DNA of 64,000 nt from a virus. Taxonomy: Duplodnaviria; Heunggongvirae; Uroviricota; Caudoviricetes. The position numbers and the translations under genes were made by a program. The first letter of the stretch is position 1; every line of letters starts with the position of its first letter. A model generated the notes under the pieces. That model was not told the DNA's origin, did not search any database, and saw only the letters and a program-made list of their open reading frames with translations. Positions 54,838 through 64,000 of the stretch are shown here, in pieces. The stretch lies in the IMG/VR virus record IMGVR_UViG_3300021399_000109, positions 94,710 to 158,709 of that record; one strand, given 5' to 3'.

Positions 54838-55103
54838 AAAAGAAAGAAACGATTTATGTAATTCCTGCACATATCCTTGAAAAATATGCAAAAGCATATT
54901 ACTTGGTAGAAGCTATGAATGAGGATGGGATTTTTGATAATCTGGGGGATAGTTTTATTATTGATTATATTGATAATAATTTCCCTGATAAAGATTACAA
55001 TGACCTTGATGACGTAGTAAAACATGAAGATATGCTTTACTGGAAATCTATCAATGCTAAAGATTGTTATGAAAGAGAAGATAAAAAGAAAGGGAGTAAA
55101 TAA
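54834..55103 (+). CDS. hypothetical acidic protein
   Basis: Overlapping start. RBS GGAGAACAAATG. Confidence 0.4.
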   Translation: MKKKETIYVIPAHILEKYAKAYYLVEAMNEDGIFDNLGDSFIIDYIDNNFPDKDYNDLDDVVKHEDMLYWKSINAKDCYEREDKKKGSK

Positions 55104-55104
55104 T

Positions 55105-55527
55105 ATGATTAAAATGAATATTTCACTTGATAAAGGGGCTTTTCTTCCAGAAAGAAAGCATCCTACAGATGCAGGTTATGATTTAAAAACACCTTTTGAT
55201 TTTTCTATTGCTATGAATAGTAGAATGTTTATTAACACAGGAGTTCATGTAGAACTTCCTCCTAATACGGTAGGTATGATTAAATCTCGTTCAGGGCTTA
55301 ATAAAAATTCTGGTATCCAATGCGAGGGAGTAATTGATGAGAATTATAGAGGAGCAATTGGGATTGTCCTTTATAATCATTCTAATGAACCTGTTGTATT
55401 TAAGAAAGGTGATAGAATTGGTCAGCTTGTGATTCTTCCTTGTATTTATACTGAACTAACAGTTGTCGATGAATTAACGGATACTGATAGAGGTGAAGGC
55501 GGTTTTGGTAGTACGGGAGTAAGTTGA
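55105..55527 (+). CDS. dut: dUTPase (trimeric dUTPase/dCTP-deaminase fold)
   Basis: KHPTDAGYDL and SRSGL motifs. RBS AAGGGAGTAAATAATATG. Internal start chosen over the ORF-track 55024. Confidence 0.7.
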   Translation: MIKMNISLDKGAFLPERKHPTDAGYDLKTPFDFSIAMNSRMFINTGVHVELPPNTVGMIKSRSGLNKNSGIQCEGVIDENYRGAIGIVLYNHSNEPVVFKKGDRIGQLVILPCIYTELTVVDELTDTDRGEGGFGSTGVS

Positions 55528-55733
55528 AGGGGGCTAAAATGCATTTTTTCTTAAACAATATATTTATACCAACTTTTATATTTATAGCCTATATATTTGG
55601 CGTAGTTGCTTCTACAATGCTTATACTTTATTGCATAGGTCTCATTCTAGACGCAAAATATTCATTAGAAACACAATTTAGATGTCATAAAAAAGAAGTA
55701 GAAAGGAGAAAGAAACGAAATGATTGTACTTGA
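55524..55733 (+). CDS. small membrane protein
   Basis: One hydrophobic helix. Overlaps the dut stop. Confidence 0.4.
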   Translation: MKGAKMHFFLNNIFIPTFIFIAYIFGVVASTMLILYCIGLILDAKYSLETQFRCHKKEVERRKKRNDCT

Positions 55734-55896
55734 AGTTAAAAATTTAATTGCTATTGTTGTTGCTATTTTTGTACTTTTTAGTGGTGTATTACTTTTTACT
55801 CCATTTGCTAAAGTATTTGAGAATCTTACTAAAAAGCATTTTATTGTAGGTTGGTTTCTTCTTATGATTTCTTTGATTGCAAATATTCTTTCTTAG
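55720..55896 (+). CDS. small membrane protein (58 aa)
   Basis: RBS AAAGGAGAAAGAAACGAAATG. Two hydrophobic segments. Confidence 0.35.
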   Translation: MIVLEVKNLIAIVVAIFVLFSGVLLFTPFAKVFENLTKKHFIVGWFLLMISLIANILS

Positions 55897-55922
55897 AATA
55901 TTAAATAAAGGAGTAAAATAAT

Positions 55923-56147
55923 ATGGGAAGATTACCAGAAAGATTAGTACCTATATATGATATTATAGGACATTATCATATGACAACTTGCCCAGATTTA
56001 CGAATAGGACAGTTATTTTCTAATTTTGAAGTATGGTTAGAAAAAGAAGTTGGAACAGATATTTATTATTTGGAAGACTATAGATTTTTAGAATATTTAG
56101 AAAAATATTTAGATTCAATTACTTATATTAAAAAAAATAAGGATTAA
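55923..56147 (+). CDS. hypothetical protein
   Basis: RBS AAAGGAGTAAAATAATATG. Confidence 0.4.
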   Translation: MGRLPERLVPIYDIIGHYHMTTCPDLRIGQLFSNFEVWLEKEVGTDIYYLEDYRFLEYLEKYLDSITYIKKNKD

Positions 56148-56162
56148 AAAGGAGATTAATAA

Positions 56163-57086
56163 ATGATTGGTTTAATTATTTTAGGAATTGTTATTATTGG
56201 TGGAGCATTAATATTTATGGGTCTGTCAGAAAATGTTAATTTATTTGGGGTCATTGGAGTTATTGTTGGTCTTATTACTCTTATATTAGGATTCTCAATC
56301 AGTTTTGTCCCTACAGGGTATATTGGTATTAGAACTGCATATGGACAAATTGCAGGAAATCCTGTTTCGTCTGGTCTTCATTTTCATGTACCGTTCGTAG
56401 AAGATATTCATAATATGAACTGTAAACAGCAAGAAATTGTTTTTGGTGAAGGACAGATTTGGTCTGAAACTTCTGAACGTACCGAAGTATATGCTGAAAA
56501 TATTGCAATTGATTATCAGATTAACTCTGAATATGGCGCATGGATTTGGTCGAATGTTGAGGAATGGGACACTAATCTTGTTAAAAGGACTTCTGTTGAA
56601 TCTGGACTTAAAGCGGCTTTCAAACAGTATAATGACGCTGATGTAACAGATAGAAGTAAAATTGAAAAAACGGCTAAAGAATGTATTCAGGAATCTTTAG
56701 ACATAAAATATAATAATCGAGTTGTTACTGTTATTAGCGTAACAATTAGCAATATTAACTTCTCTGATGCTTATAATGATGCTATTGAAAAAAAGGCACA
56801 GGCTAAACTTTCTGCTGAAGCACAGGCTTATGAGAATCAGAAAGCTGTTGACCAAGCAAAGGCAGAAGCTGAAAAACGAAAAATTGAAGCTGAAGGTAAG
56901 GCTGAAGCTAAGATTATTGAAGCTGAAGCTGAAGCTGAAGCTAATAAAAAGATTGCCAATTCTATTACAGAAAAAACTCTACAAAGAGAATGGATTAAAA
57001 AGTGGGATGGTAAGACACCTGTAGTAGTAAGTTCTGACGGTAATATTATGTATGGCATTGAAACTACTGAAAATAAAGAAGAATAA
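56163..57086 (+). CDS. SPFH/band-7 (stomatin/prohibitin/HflK-like) membrane protein
   Basis: N-terminal TM. YIGIRTAYGQI...GLHFHVPFVEDI matches the SPFH core. C-terminal AEAEAEA coiled coil. Confidence 0.7.
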   Translation: MIGLIILGIVIIGGALIFMGLSENVNLFGVIGVIVGLITLILGFSISFVPTGYIGIRTAYGQIAGNPVSSGLHFHVPFVEDIHNMNCKQQEIVFGEGQIWSETSERTEVYAENIAIDYQINSEYGAWIWSNVEEWDTNLVKRTSVESGLKAAFKQYNDADVTDRSKIEKTAKECIQESLDIKYNNRVVTVISVTISNINFSDAYNDAIEKKAQAKLSAEAQAYENQKAVDQAKAEAEKRKIEAEGKAEAKIIEAEAEAEANKKIANSITEKTLQREWIKKWDGKTPVVVSSDGNIMYGIETTENKEE

Positions 57087-57130
57087 TTTTAATTAAAATA
57101 TATTTTACTAAAATATAATTTAGTAAAAAA

Positions 57131-57176
57131 CAAAAAAGGGGGATACCAACCTACACGGCTAGTACCCCCCTAATTT
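57131..57176. terminator. bidirectional terminator at the convergence point of the + strand and - strand gene blocks
   Basis: AAAAAAGGGGGATACC...GGTACCCCCCTAATTTT, with A-run upstream and T-run downstream. Confidence 0.6.
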
Positions 57177-57679
57177 TATTTCTGATTCTGATTTAATTGG
57201 TCTTGTAACCCCATTTCACTTAAATCAGCAAAATCAGCATTATGAATATGGTCAGAATATCTGCGTCTAATTTCTTTAATTGACGCTTCAATTACACCAT
57301 TTTTCCTATTATATTTTTTAATATACTCTTCGTATTCATCACATTCCATTATCATAAAATCAAAAGCTTCTTTCGTATAATGTTTCCCACCCATACCGTC
57401 TTCAACAAACTGCAATATTCTTGCTCTTTTTCTTTTTATTGAACTATCTCGGCTTTCTTCTACGTGTTCTGTTAATTTAGCATCTAAACTATCAACTTTT
57501 TTTATGATATGTGAGTTTAATCTATCTCCTATCCAACCCAAGAGGAAATCCCAAGGATTTATTTTGATAGGAGCTATTTGAATTATTGTCATTAAAACGA
57601 GAATTAACGCTACTATAAAACCTGTTGCTCCTGTCATTTCTGATATATTTATCATTTCAAATAAGTCCTGTAAAGACAT
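57176..57679 (-). CDS. single-TM membrane protein downstream of endolysin (holin or lysis-regulator candidate)
   Basis: TM segment ATGFIVALILVLMTIIQIAP. The start abuts the endolysin stop on the minus strand. Confidence 0.4.
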   Translation of the reverse strand: MSLQDLFEMINISEMTGATGFIVALILVLMTIIQIAPIKINPWDFLLGWIGDRLNSHIIKKVDSLDAKLTEHVEESRDSSIKRKRARILQFVEDGMGGKHYTKEAFDFMIMECDEYEEYIKKYNRKNGVIEASIKEIRRRYSDHIHNADFADLSEMGLQDQLNQNQK

Positions 57680-57697
57680 AGTAAGTTTCTTTACCCT

Positions 57698-59347
57698 TTA
57701 TCCTTTCTTAATATAATTTGAACTTACAAATCCAAATTTATTAGAACACTCAATGTAATACCAAGTTGTCCCATTATCATCTAAGATAGCATCACAGACA
57801 TTTACTTTAGAACCATTGGTTAAAGGACTAAAAGATACTTTATCATTTTCAGTTCCTGCCCATTCTCTAACATTTAAAGAAGACGCTGTAACTGTTCCAA
57901 CAAATTTTGTCGTTTTATTAGGAGAAAAAGTACCAGATACTGTAAATATAGTGGCAGATTTTCCTTTTAAAGAATCAATGTTATTAGTATCATTAGAAAC
58001 TGTAACAGTAGTACCTATGACACTGCTCCAATCAGGTCTTCCATATCCTGCAATTCTACTATAGCTGAGACTATAAGATTTCTTGGCAACACAACCACCA
58101 TTTGCAACTACTCCTGAAGCACTAGAAGTATTACCTTCTATAGTATAAACTTTAGAAGAATCTACTTTATAAACTATACCAGTATGACAGATACCATTAT
58201 TATTCTTAAAGAAAATTTGGTCTCCTGCTTTGGGATTTTTTGTAAACCATCTACCTTTTTTCTTATAATAATTGGCTGAATAAACTGTATAGTCATCAAA
58301 ATTTCCGCAAAGAACTTTCTTAGCTTCTACAGTTCCTTTACCAAATGCTTTACAAGTTTCTAAAATAACCCAATCTACGAAAGCATCGCACCATGCCGCA
58401 GGAAAGTCCATATTACTAGGTTGAATCTTGTGCATTTCATAACCATATTTAGTATAATTATTATAACCTGCATTTCCAGTTTTACTATATAAATTGAAAT
58501 TAGATTTCTTTTCAAGATACCCAACTTCATTACTGGCAATTTCAATCATTTTATTAATACAATCAGCTTCAGTAATCATAACTTTTTCTTCCTTTTTTTC
58601 ATCTTTTATTTCATTAGTTTCAGTATTCTTAGAATCTTTTATTTCTTCTTTTTTATTCTCTTCTTCTACTTTTGAATTAGATTTTGTTTTAATTTCAGAA
58701 TAACAATAACTGGCATCAACACCACTTTTAGAAAAACTCATAGGATATTTACTCGTATATTGCCACATATCTACTTTACCCTTATAAGTACATTTAGAGG
58801 AATATTGAGCAACCCATCTATAAGTTCCTTCTAATAAATCATCGTCATTTAAACAATCATAAAACCAAGAAGTAGAAGCATAAACTCCATAATTATATCC
58901 TGCGTCTTTTAAATGTTGATTAATTATATTAATAAACTTAGTTCTATTTGCTTTTGAAAGTTTATCTGCTCTACCATTTTTGTTTGCAGTATCTACAATT
59001 TCAGAATCTTGACAAACAGGAATAGAAGGATTGATGTCATTATCTTTTAAAGCTTGCACTAACCACTCACCTTCTTCGTGTGCTTCATTTTCCGAAATTG
59101 ATGTGGGGAAATAATAAACACTATAAGGCAGACCTCTTTTCTTAATTTCTGCTAAATATTCTTTAAATTTAAAATCATAGCGAATTTTCCCATAATATTT
59201 AGGATTTGATTTTAATGAACCTCTTAATCCAATTCTAAGAATAATGCCACTACATTTACTGTCATTATACATTTTTTTAAGATTATCCCAATCAGAACTT
59301 TTAATTGTATTATGTTCTGAAAAATCAAAAACTATTTTATTAGCCAT
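57698..59347 (-). CDS. endolysin: GH25 muramidase plus CHAP peptidase plus SH3b cell-wall-binding domain
   Basis: N-terminal FDFSEHN...GIILRIG (GH25). Central WCDAFV...CHTGIV (CHAP Cys/His). C-terminal LNVREWAG...GTTWYYIECS...GFVSSNYI (SH3b-like). Confidence 0.8.
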   Translation of the reverse strand: MANKIVFDFSEHNTIKSSDWDNLKKMYNDSKCSGIILRIGLRGSLKSNPKYYGKIRYDFKFKEYLAEIKKRGLPYSVYYFPTSISENEAHEEGEWLVQALKDNDINPSIPVCQDSEIVDTANKNGRADKLSKANRTKFINIINQHLKDAGYNYGVYASTSWFYDCLNDDDLLEGTYRWVAQYSSKCTYKGKVDMWQYTSKYPMSFSKSGVDASYCYSEIKTKSNSKVEEENKKEEIKDSKNTETNEIKDEKKEEKVMITEADCINKMIEIASNEVGYLEKKSNFNLYSKTGNAGYNNYTKYGYEMHKIQPSNMDFPAAWCDAFVDWVILETCKAFGKGTVEAKKVLCGNFDDYTVYSANYYKKKGRWFTKNPKAGDQIFFKNNNGICHTGIVYKVDSSKVYTIEGNTSSASGVVANGGCVAKKSYSLSYSRIAGYGRPDWSSVIGTTVTVSNDTNNIDSLKGKSATIFTVSGTFSPNKTTKFVGTVTASSLNVREWAGTENDKVSFSPLTNGSKVNVCDAILDDNGTTWYYIECSNKFGFVSSNYIKKG

Positions 59348-60516
59348 TATTTCTTGTACCTTTCATTAATAATGCTCTGTACTTCTGTATAATACCCTTT
59401 AAGATTTTCTTTACGAGTATCTCCATTTCCTGCAAGACCACGGATTGTATAATCAGCCATTGCATTTAACATTTTATTTCTGTCATTAATAAATTCGCCA
59501 ACTATTTTTTGAACATCCGTATATCTTGTTCCAAGAGCATTTTTTCTATAATCACCATTGTTCCATTTTTTAAGCATAACTTCTACTGCTAATTCAGTAT
59601 CAGTTCTTTGCCAATTTTTATAATCATCTAAAGAATAAGTTTTGCTACCATTTTTCTTACTTTTGATAATTACTTCTTTATCAGTAAATATCATATCTAA
59701 ATCACCATGAGCATAATTATTCCAAATATCTATTCCCTTTTTAGTTAATTTAGGAATAGTCCATGAAGTAAATCCTTTATCTTTTCCAATAGCACCTTTT
59801 ACTTCCCCGTAATTATACCAAGCGGCTTTAGGATTTAATTTATTAAAAGCTTCTGTATCTACATAATTTCCATGATGCGGTATTTGGGCAATAATAACTT
59901 GAGGTAATAATTTCCTAATTTCAGAATGCGTTAAATGATTATCACCTGCTGTAAAATATCCAAAATCAAATAAAAATACAGGAGAACTATTGTTAATGTA
60001 ACTACCTGCTGTATTATCATCATTAGGACTTCCATAACTTGATTTTTGCCATAATACTTTACAATGAATATCACCTAATCTAATATGTGTACCTGTCTTT
60101 AACATACCTACTGGTATATTATTTTTTTTACATAAATCATATAAACCTTTTCCACATTTATTGTACATATTGCATAATTGTGTATACCAAGGTTTAGATT
60201 TATACTTATCAGACATATAAACTTTTAAATATTCATAATCTACACACCAAACTTTATCTATTTTAATATCAGGGTCATAAATCCCATCAATGATTCCGTT
60301 TACATGGTCTGTGTGTGCATGTGTACCTACTGCCCATATTCTTTTAAAATTTTGTTTCTTTATCCATTCACGCAATTTGGCAGATGCAGGTCTTTGACCT
60401 GCATCTAATATCAATGCGTTACCGTGTTCATCATAGAAAACTGCATAATCACCACTTTTTGTGCCTTTATTTGTTGGAATATCCATTCCTATAATATGTA
60501 ATCTTACAGTTCCCAT
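59347..60516 (-). CDS. metallo-beta-lactamase-fold protein with two C-terminal Cpl-7 (CW_7) cell-wall-binding repeats
   Basis: HAHTDHVNG (HxHxDH). C-terminal ELAVEVMLKKWNNGDYRKNALG..YTDVQKIV and LAGNGDTRKENLKGYYTEVQSII resemble Cpl-7 repeats. Confidence 0.55.
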   Translation of the reverse strand: MGTVRLHIIGMDIPTNKGTKSGDYAVFYDEHGNALILDAGQRPASAKLREWIKKQNFKRIWAVGTHAHTDHVNGIIDGIYDPDIKIDKVWCVDYEYLKVYMSDKYKSKPWYTQLCNMYNKCGKGLYDLCKKNNIPVGMLKTGTHIRLGDIHCKVLWQKSSYGSPNDDNTAGSYINNSSPVFLFDFGYFTAGDNHLTHSEIRKLLPQVIIAQIPHHGNYVDTEAFNKLNPKAAWYNYGEVKGAIGKDKGFTSWTIPKLTKKGIDIWNNYAHGDLDMIFTDKEVIIKSKKNGSKTYSLDDYKNWQRTDTELAVEVMLKKWNNGDYRKNALGTRYTDVQKIVGEFINDRNKMLNAMADYTIRGLAGNGDTRKENLKGYYTEVQSIINERYKK

Positions 60517-60646
60517 AATTTAACTCCTTTTTATACTATTATATATTATTATTTATAAACTTCAAAAATTCAATGATAACTATAATTAATATTATTATTT
60601 CTTAGCGTTATGTTGTCTCTTCTGTGTTATCTCTCTCCTACAAACA

Positions 60647-61939
60647 TTATGGCATATATCGTCTAATTGCCTGCATAATGTTAGGAGCAAAATACTCCTC
60701 ATAGAACCATCCTGGAGGATGTAACTGTACATTGTCACTGGTTGCTTGACCATCCATCATCTTCGTGCAAGCCCCCAATTCGTGAACATTGTCAACAACA
60801 GGTACACTCCACTTCTCACATACCGCTTTGATACTAGATATAAAAAGGTCTGCCGTTTGTTTATTCCATGAGTTAACCCAATGCGTTGTTGCGAAGATTG
60901 TTTTTTTTCTAGTCCAGTGGGTATTGATATACCTTAGACATTCTTCTATACCACCTGTCCATGTTGATGTATCGAATGTTTCCCAATCATTAGATAATGT
61001 CAAACTGTAGTTCGCATCATTAAAACCACCAGAAAGGATTATCATATCAGCATCTGGGTGTTCTGTGTATGCCGTTTCGATTTGTGTTAATATTCTTTTC
61101 GGTGTATCCGTTGTCTGTTCTTTAAAGTATGCACCCCCAACAGCGTAACTGATAAAAACTGCATTTGGTTCTAACATATTTAAATAATAAGCAAAGCCTT
61201 TTCCCCCAGAACCAACTCCATAAGCAATTGAATCTCCAAACACAAGGATTTTTTTACCTTTAAGACGATTTTCTATCCATCCACCATTTAAAACTTTATT
61301 TATTACTCCTACACTGTCTTTATAACCTGCAAGTAAATAATCAATATCAATATAAGGTCTACCACCATATGGAACATACCCATATTCACTATGCAAATCA
61401 CCGTATTCGGTATAATCCCATACCATGATGTTCTCAAGATGTGTGCGGTCATATATTGATGTTGAAAACAGGCAGGTTGTGGCATCGGCAGGAACAGTAA
61501 TTGTCCTGACATTCGGTGATGCCCATATGGTTGTTGTTGATAGGAAATTTCCTGACGAATCATAAAAGTGCCAATTACCAGAAACAGGGCTATAAGAACC
61601 ATAATTGTCTTTGCCATGCTGATAGGCACTAAAAATATGCTCCGCTACAACAGGAAATGTTATATTAGTCCATCCTGTCGGGTGTGCGCCATTATAACTT
61701 CCATCTGCTCTTTTTTCTGTTTCACTTAAATCAATACATGTATTTGGGTCACAAACATTAGCATCTTGTAAAATAAAACTAAAAAATGTTGTATCAGCAG
61801 GAGTAATATTTACAGATTTCCCATTTAAAGGAGCATATAATTTTGTGTTATTTATTGAAGCAATTTCAACCCCATTTAAAAGATTAGGCACTATTTCTAC
61901 TACATTAAGTTCTGAACCATTATTATATAATTTATCCAT
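60647..61939 (-). CDS. SGNH/GDSL hydrolase domain protein (tail-associated esterase candidate)
   Basis: KILVFGDSIAYGVG (GDS block) in the C-terminal half. N-terminal beta-rich region. Confidence 0.55.
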   Translation of the reverse strand: MDKLYNNGSELNVVEIVPNLLNGVEIASINNTKLYAPLNGKSVNITPADTTFFSFILQDANVCDPNTCIDLSETEKRADGSYNGAHPTGWTNITFPVVAEHIFSAYQHGKDNYGSYSPVSGNWHFYDSSGNFLSTTTIWASPNVRTITVPADATTCLFSTSIYDRTHLENIMVWDYTEYGDLHSEYGYVPYGGRPYIDIDYLLAGYKDSVGVINKVLNGGWIENRLKGKKILVFGDSIAYGVGSGGKGFAYYLNMLEPNAVFISYAVGGAYFKEQTTDTPKRILTQIETAYTEHPDADMIILSGGFNDANYSLTLSNDWETFDTSTWTGGIEECLRYINTHWTRKKTIFATTHWVNSWNKQTADLFISSIKAVCEKWSVPVVDNVHELGACTKMMDGQATSDNVQLHPPGWFYEEYFAPNIMQAIRRYMP

Positions 61940-61942
61940 ATC

Positions 61943-63148
61943 TTATTCTCCTGTATATCCATAATGGAATGTTGCATTAGATAATCCAAATGGATTATTT
62001 GCATTAATAGTATCAGTTTCTTGCCAAGGAACATAAACATCAACATGATTTCGTATTGACATAGCATTAGTTGGAATTGTAGTAGGAATACTATTAAAAT
62101 AGATTTCAGCACAATTAGGAGCATATATTGAGACATTTCCTACACTAGTTACTAAAGAACCAAAAATAAGTTTTGTACTGGCAATATTAGTTAAGGCATT
62201 AGATTCTATTCCACCTTTAAGATTAGTAAAATCTTGTGTAATTAAAGAGGTACAACCCTTGAACATCCCAGATGTGCTATAGAAAGGAACATCTGAAATA
62301 AAATCTTCTAAATTTGTATATCCATTAAAGATGTTATGCCACCATTGTAATGAGAAATCTATATTATGTGCTTCAGTAATTTCATCTTTATACTGATACC
62401 AAGGATACCAAGTTGCATCATTTATTCCTAATCTGTGATTTTCATATCCTTCTTTAGCTTTTAAAGTTAATAACCCATTATTATCTATAGTATATTCACC
62501 TATTACAGTATCTCCTGCTGAGTTAGTGATATTCCCTGAATATTTATAAGTAGGTTCTGTATCTTCCGTAGCACTTGCCGTAATAACAATATTTCCAGTA
62601 ACAGCGGATATAGTAATTGTTCCATTATTGTAAACAGTAGAAGTAATATCTGTTCCGCCCATCGTTACTATGACACTATCAAGTGTGTAACCACTATTTG
62701 TTGTAATAGTTGCTGTATAAGAACTATTTTCTTGAATAGTTGAAGCATTATTAGAATTAGAACAATTAGTTAAAGTATTTGTAATAGTATAATTTATTAC
62801 TGTAGGTGTATCACTACCACCAGAATTTAATTCTGTTTCTAATGCGGCAATATTACTTGCTTGGTCAGAATTGGTAACAGTTGCTTTAAGAATTGTTAAA
62901 AGTAAATTCTTTGCAGTATTAGATAAACCAGAGTTATCTCCACTTGATTGACCGCCACCATCTATATTACTGATTAAATTATCAACTTCAGATTTAGTAT
63001 AATAATTTGACATATCTGATGTATCAGCTTTAGTATCTAAAACTGTATTAATTGTTTGTATATTACTTCTTGCAGAAGCATCTTCTATTTCAAACGTTTT
63101 ACCGCCAATGGTAAACGTACTCATAGTATTATTTTCTATATCTGGCAT
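61943..63148 (-). CDS. tail fiber / receptor-binding-like protein with BspA-type LRR-like C-terminus
   Basis: Ser/Thr/Asn-rich beta repeats. C-terminal MFKGCTSLITQDFTNL resembles BspA-like LRR units. Confidence 0.4.
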   Translation of the reverse strand: MPDIENNTMSTFTIGGKTFEIEDASARSNIQTINTVLDTKADTSDMSNYYTKSEVDNLISNIDGGGQSSGDNSGLSNTAKNLLLTILKATVTNSDQASNIAALETELNSGGSDTPTVINYTITNTLTNCSNSNNASTIQENSSYTATITTNSGYTLDSVIVTMGGTDITSTVYNNGTITISAVTGNIVITASATEDTEPTYKYSGNITNSAGDTVIGEYTIDNNGLLTLKAKEGYENHRLGINDATWYPWYQYKDEITEAHNIDFSLQWWHNIFNGYTNLEDFISDVPFYSTSGMFKGCTSLITQDFTNLKGGIESNALTNIASTKLIFGSLVTSVGNVSIYAPNCAEIYFNSIPTTIPTNAMSIRNHVDVYVPWQETDTINANNPFGLSNATFHYGYTGE

Positions 63149-63175
63149 TTAAGACACTCCTTTCTTTATAATCTA

Positions 63176-63406
63176 TTATTCTTCCTGCGCCCTCATGTCA
63201 TCAAGGTCACGCTCCTCGCTCTTGAGGATGTTGCCTGTCGCATCCATCAGCTTGATAGTATAAAATGTTCTACTTGTGTCTGCTGTAATTTCTGCCTGTT
63301 TTCTGTCGTAGTTGACAAGAGCAGTCGCAAAACTACGAAAATCATAGGTATAATAAGAATAGGTATTGTCTGTATTAGTTACGATTAAAACAATAAGATA
63401 TAACAT
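63176..63406 (-). CDS. hypothetical small protein
   Basis: GC-richer ORF between structural genes. Confidence 0.35.
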   Translation of the reverse strand: MLYLIVLIVTNTDNTYSYYTYDFRSFATALVNYDRKQAEITADTSRTFYTIKLMDATGNILKSEERDLDDMRAQEE

Positions 63407-63421
63407 AATTTTTTACCCCCT

Positions 63422-64000
63422 TTATGTTGATGTACTTGTAAGAATTGTATCTCCTGCTTGATAATTGACATCATTATAAGTTGTGATTTCAGCCGCCTTA
63501 TAAACAAAAGTGATATTTGCTCCTGCGCCATCCTGTACTGCGCTTCTCAATGTATCAAGGACATCGCCTTTGGTATAGATTGTTACAGTTCCGCTTGCCT
63601 TGGAAGTCGAGCCGAATGGCTGTGCTCTTGAACCTGTAACTGCATGGCCGATACTGCCTATCGTTACATCAAGACCAGCCGTCGAATATTTATACCATGC
63701 GTATTGTGGAACAATGACGCACACTGGCAGATTGAATACCTTTGGTGCGTATGCGCTACTAGAACCGAACAAACTCGTGGCATTATCTGTTATCGTATAT
63801 CCAACAAATTTAGGGAGGCTGACGACATCGGCACTACAGTTATTGTAGAAGCCATAAAACAGCAATAAAGAACACTTTCCATTAACGGTTTCCAATTCTG
63901 AAAGACCTGACCAGTCCATCTTTGCATGCGCTTGGTAAAAAGCGAAATTGCCGATATGTTTTGGTTTCACAGCAAATTTAACATTCGGTACACCGTCATC
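63422..64000 (-). CDS. structural (tail/fiber-like) protein, partial; the N-terminus lies beyond the window
   Basis: Gly/Thr/Ser-rich ORF open to the window edge on the minus strand. Confidence 0.4.
   Translation of the reverse strand, partial: DDGVPNVKFAVKPKHIGNFAFYQAHAKMDWSGLSELETVNGKCSLLLFYGFYNNCSADVVSLPKFVGYTITDNATSLFGSSSAYAPKVFNLPVCVIVPQYAWYKYSTAGLDVTIGSIGHAVTGSRAQPFGSTSKASGTVTIYTKGDVLDTLRSAVQDGAGANITFVYKAAEITTYNDVNYQAGDTILTSTST

Noticed and set aside
56437-57058. ORFs 56437-56646, 56767-57024 (plus) and 56837-57058 (minus) inside the SPFH gene
   Set aside because: They are alternative-frame readings of the GCTGAAGCT coiled-coil repeat region (Leu/Lys or Ala/Ser repeats). The SPFH frame is the supported one.

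Overview
The window is AT-rich (roughly 25-30% GC by eye) and looks like part of a large virulent-type phage or phage-like element of a low-GC Gram-positive or fusobacterial-type host. Almost all genes are on the + strand up to about 57.1 kb; a lysis and tail block runs on the - strand from 57.2 kb to the window edge.

Layout:
1. 0.2-17.7 kb: an early, host-takeover style module. It holds about 35 small genes, each with its own sigma70-consensus promoter (TTGACA, 17 bp spacer, TAtAAT), a CA/A-rich leader, an AAAGGAGA ribosome-binding site and a rho-independent terminator. The first 10 kb also carries about 45 copies of a 13-nt palindromic motif family, AGTTGTTAAAAAC and its reverse complement GTTTTTAACAACT, in the intergenic gaps.
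2. 12.1-16.2 kb: genes with recognisable functions begin here - a DUF262/ParB-like nuclease-domain protein, a SprT-like protease, a tyrosine recombinase and a GIY-YIG endonuclease.
3. 17.8-22.8 kb: a tRNA and ncRNA cluster. I count about 10 tRNAs, including a tRNA-Ile with anticodon UAU, an atypical tRNA-Leu with anticodon UAA, and one pseudo-tRNA. A 750-nt GC-enriched ORF-free segment here is most likely a large structured RNA of the GOLLD/ROOL type.
4. 22.9-24.8 kb: the most notable locus. A 451-aa TnpB/Cas12f-like RuvC nuclease is followed by a candidate anti-repeat (tracrRNA-like) segment and a five-repeat, four-spacer CRISPR-like array. There are no adaptation (spacer-acquisition) genes.
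5. 25.8-45 kb: replication module. It includes a Dam-family methyltransferase, a DnaB-like helicase, a DnaG-like primase, a Cas4/RecB-like nuclease, a PolIII-alpha-type polymerase that is split by a 1.14-kb element carrying a LAGLIDADG homing endonuclease and flanked by a 9-bp duplication, and a RecD-like helicase.
6. 45-57 kb: nucleotide metabolism and RNA repair. It holds ThyX-like, a P-loop nucleotide kinase, NrdH, NrdD and NrdG, an Rnl2-type RNA ligase fused to a tRNA-binding domain, a vWA protein, a PurA homolog, dUTPase and an SPFH protein.
7. 57.2-64 kb (- strand): a putative holin-like protein, a GH25+CHAP+SH3b endolysin, an MBL-fold protein with Cpl-7 cell-wall-binding repeats, an SGNH hydrolase and tail-fiber-like proteins.

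All functional calls rest on motifs read by eye from the supplied translations. No database search was possible.
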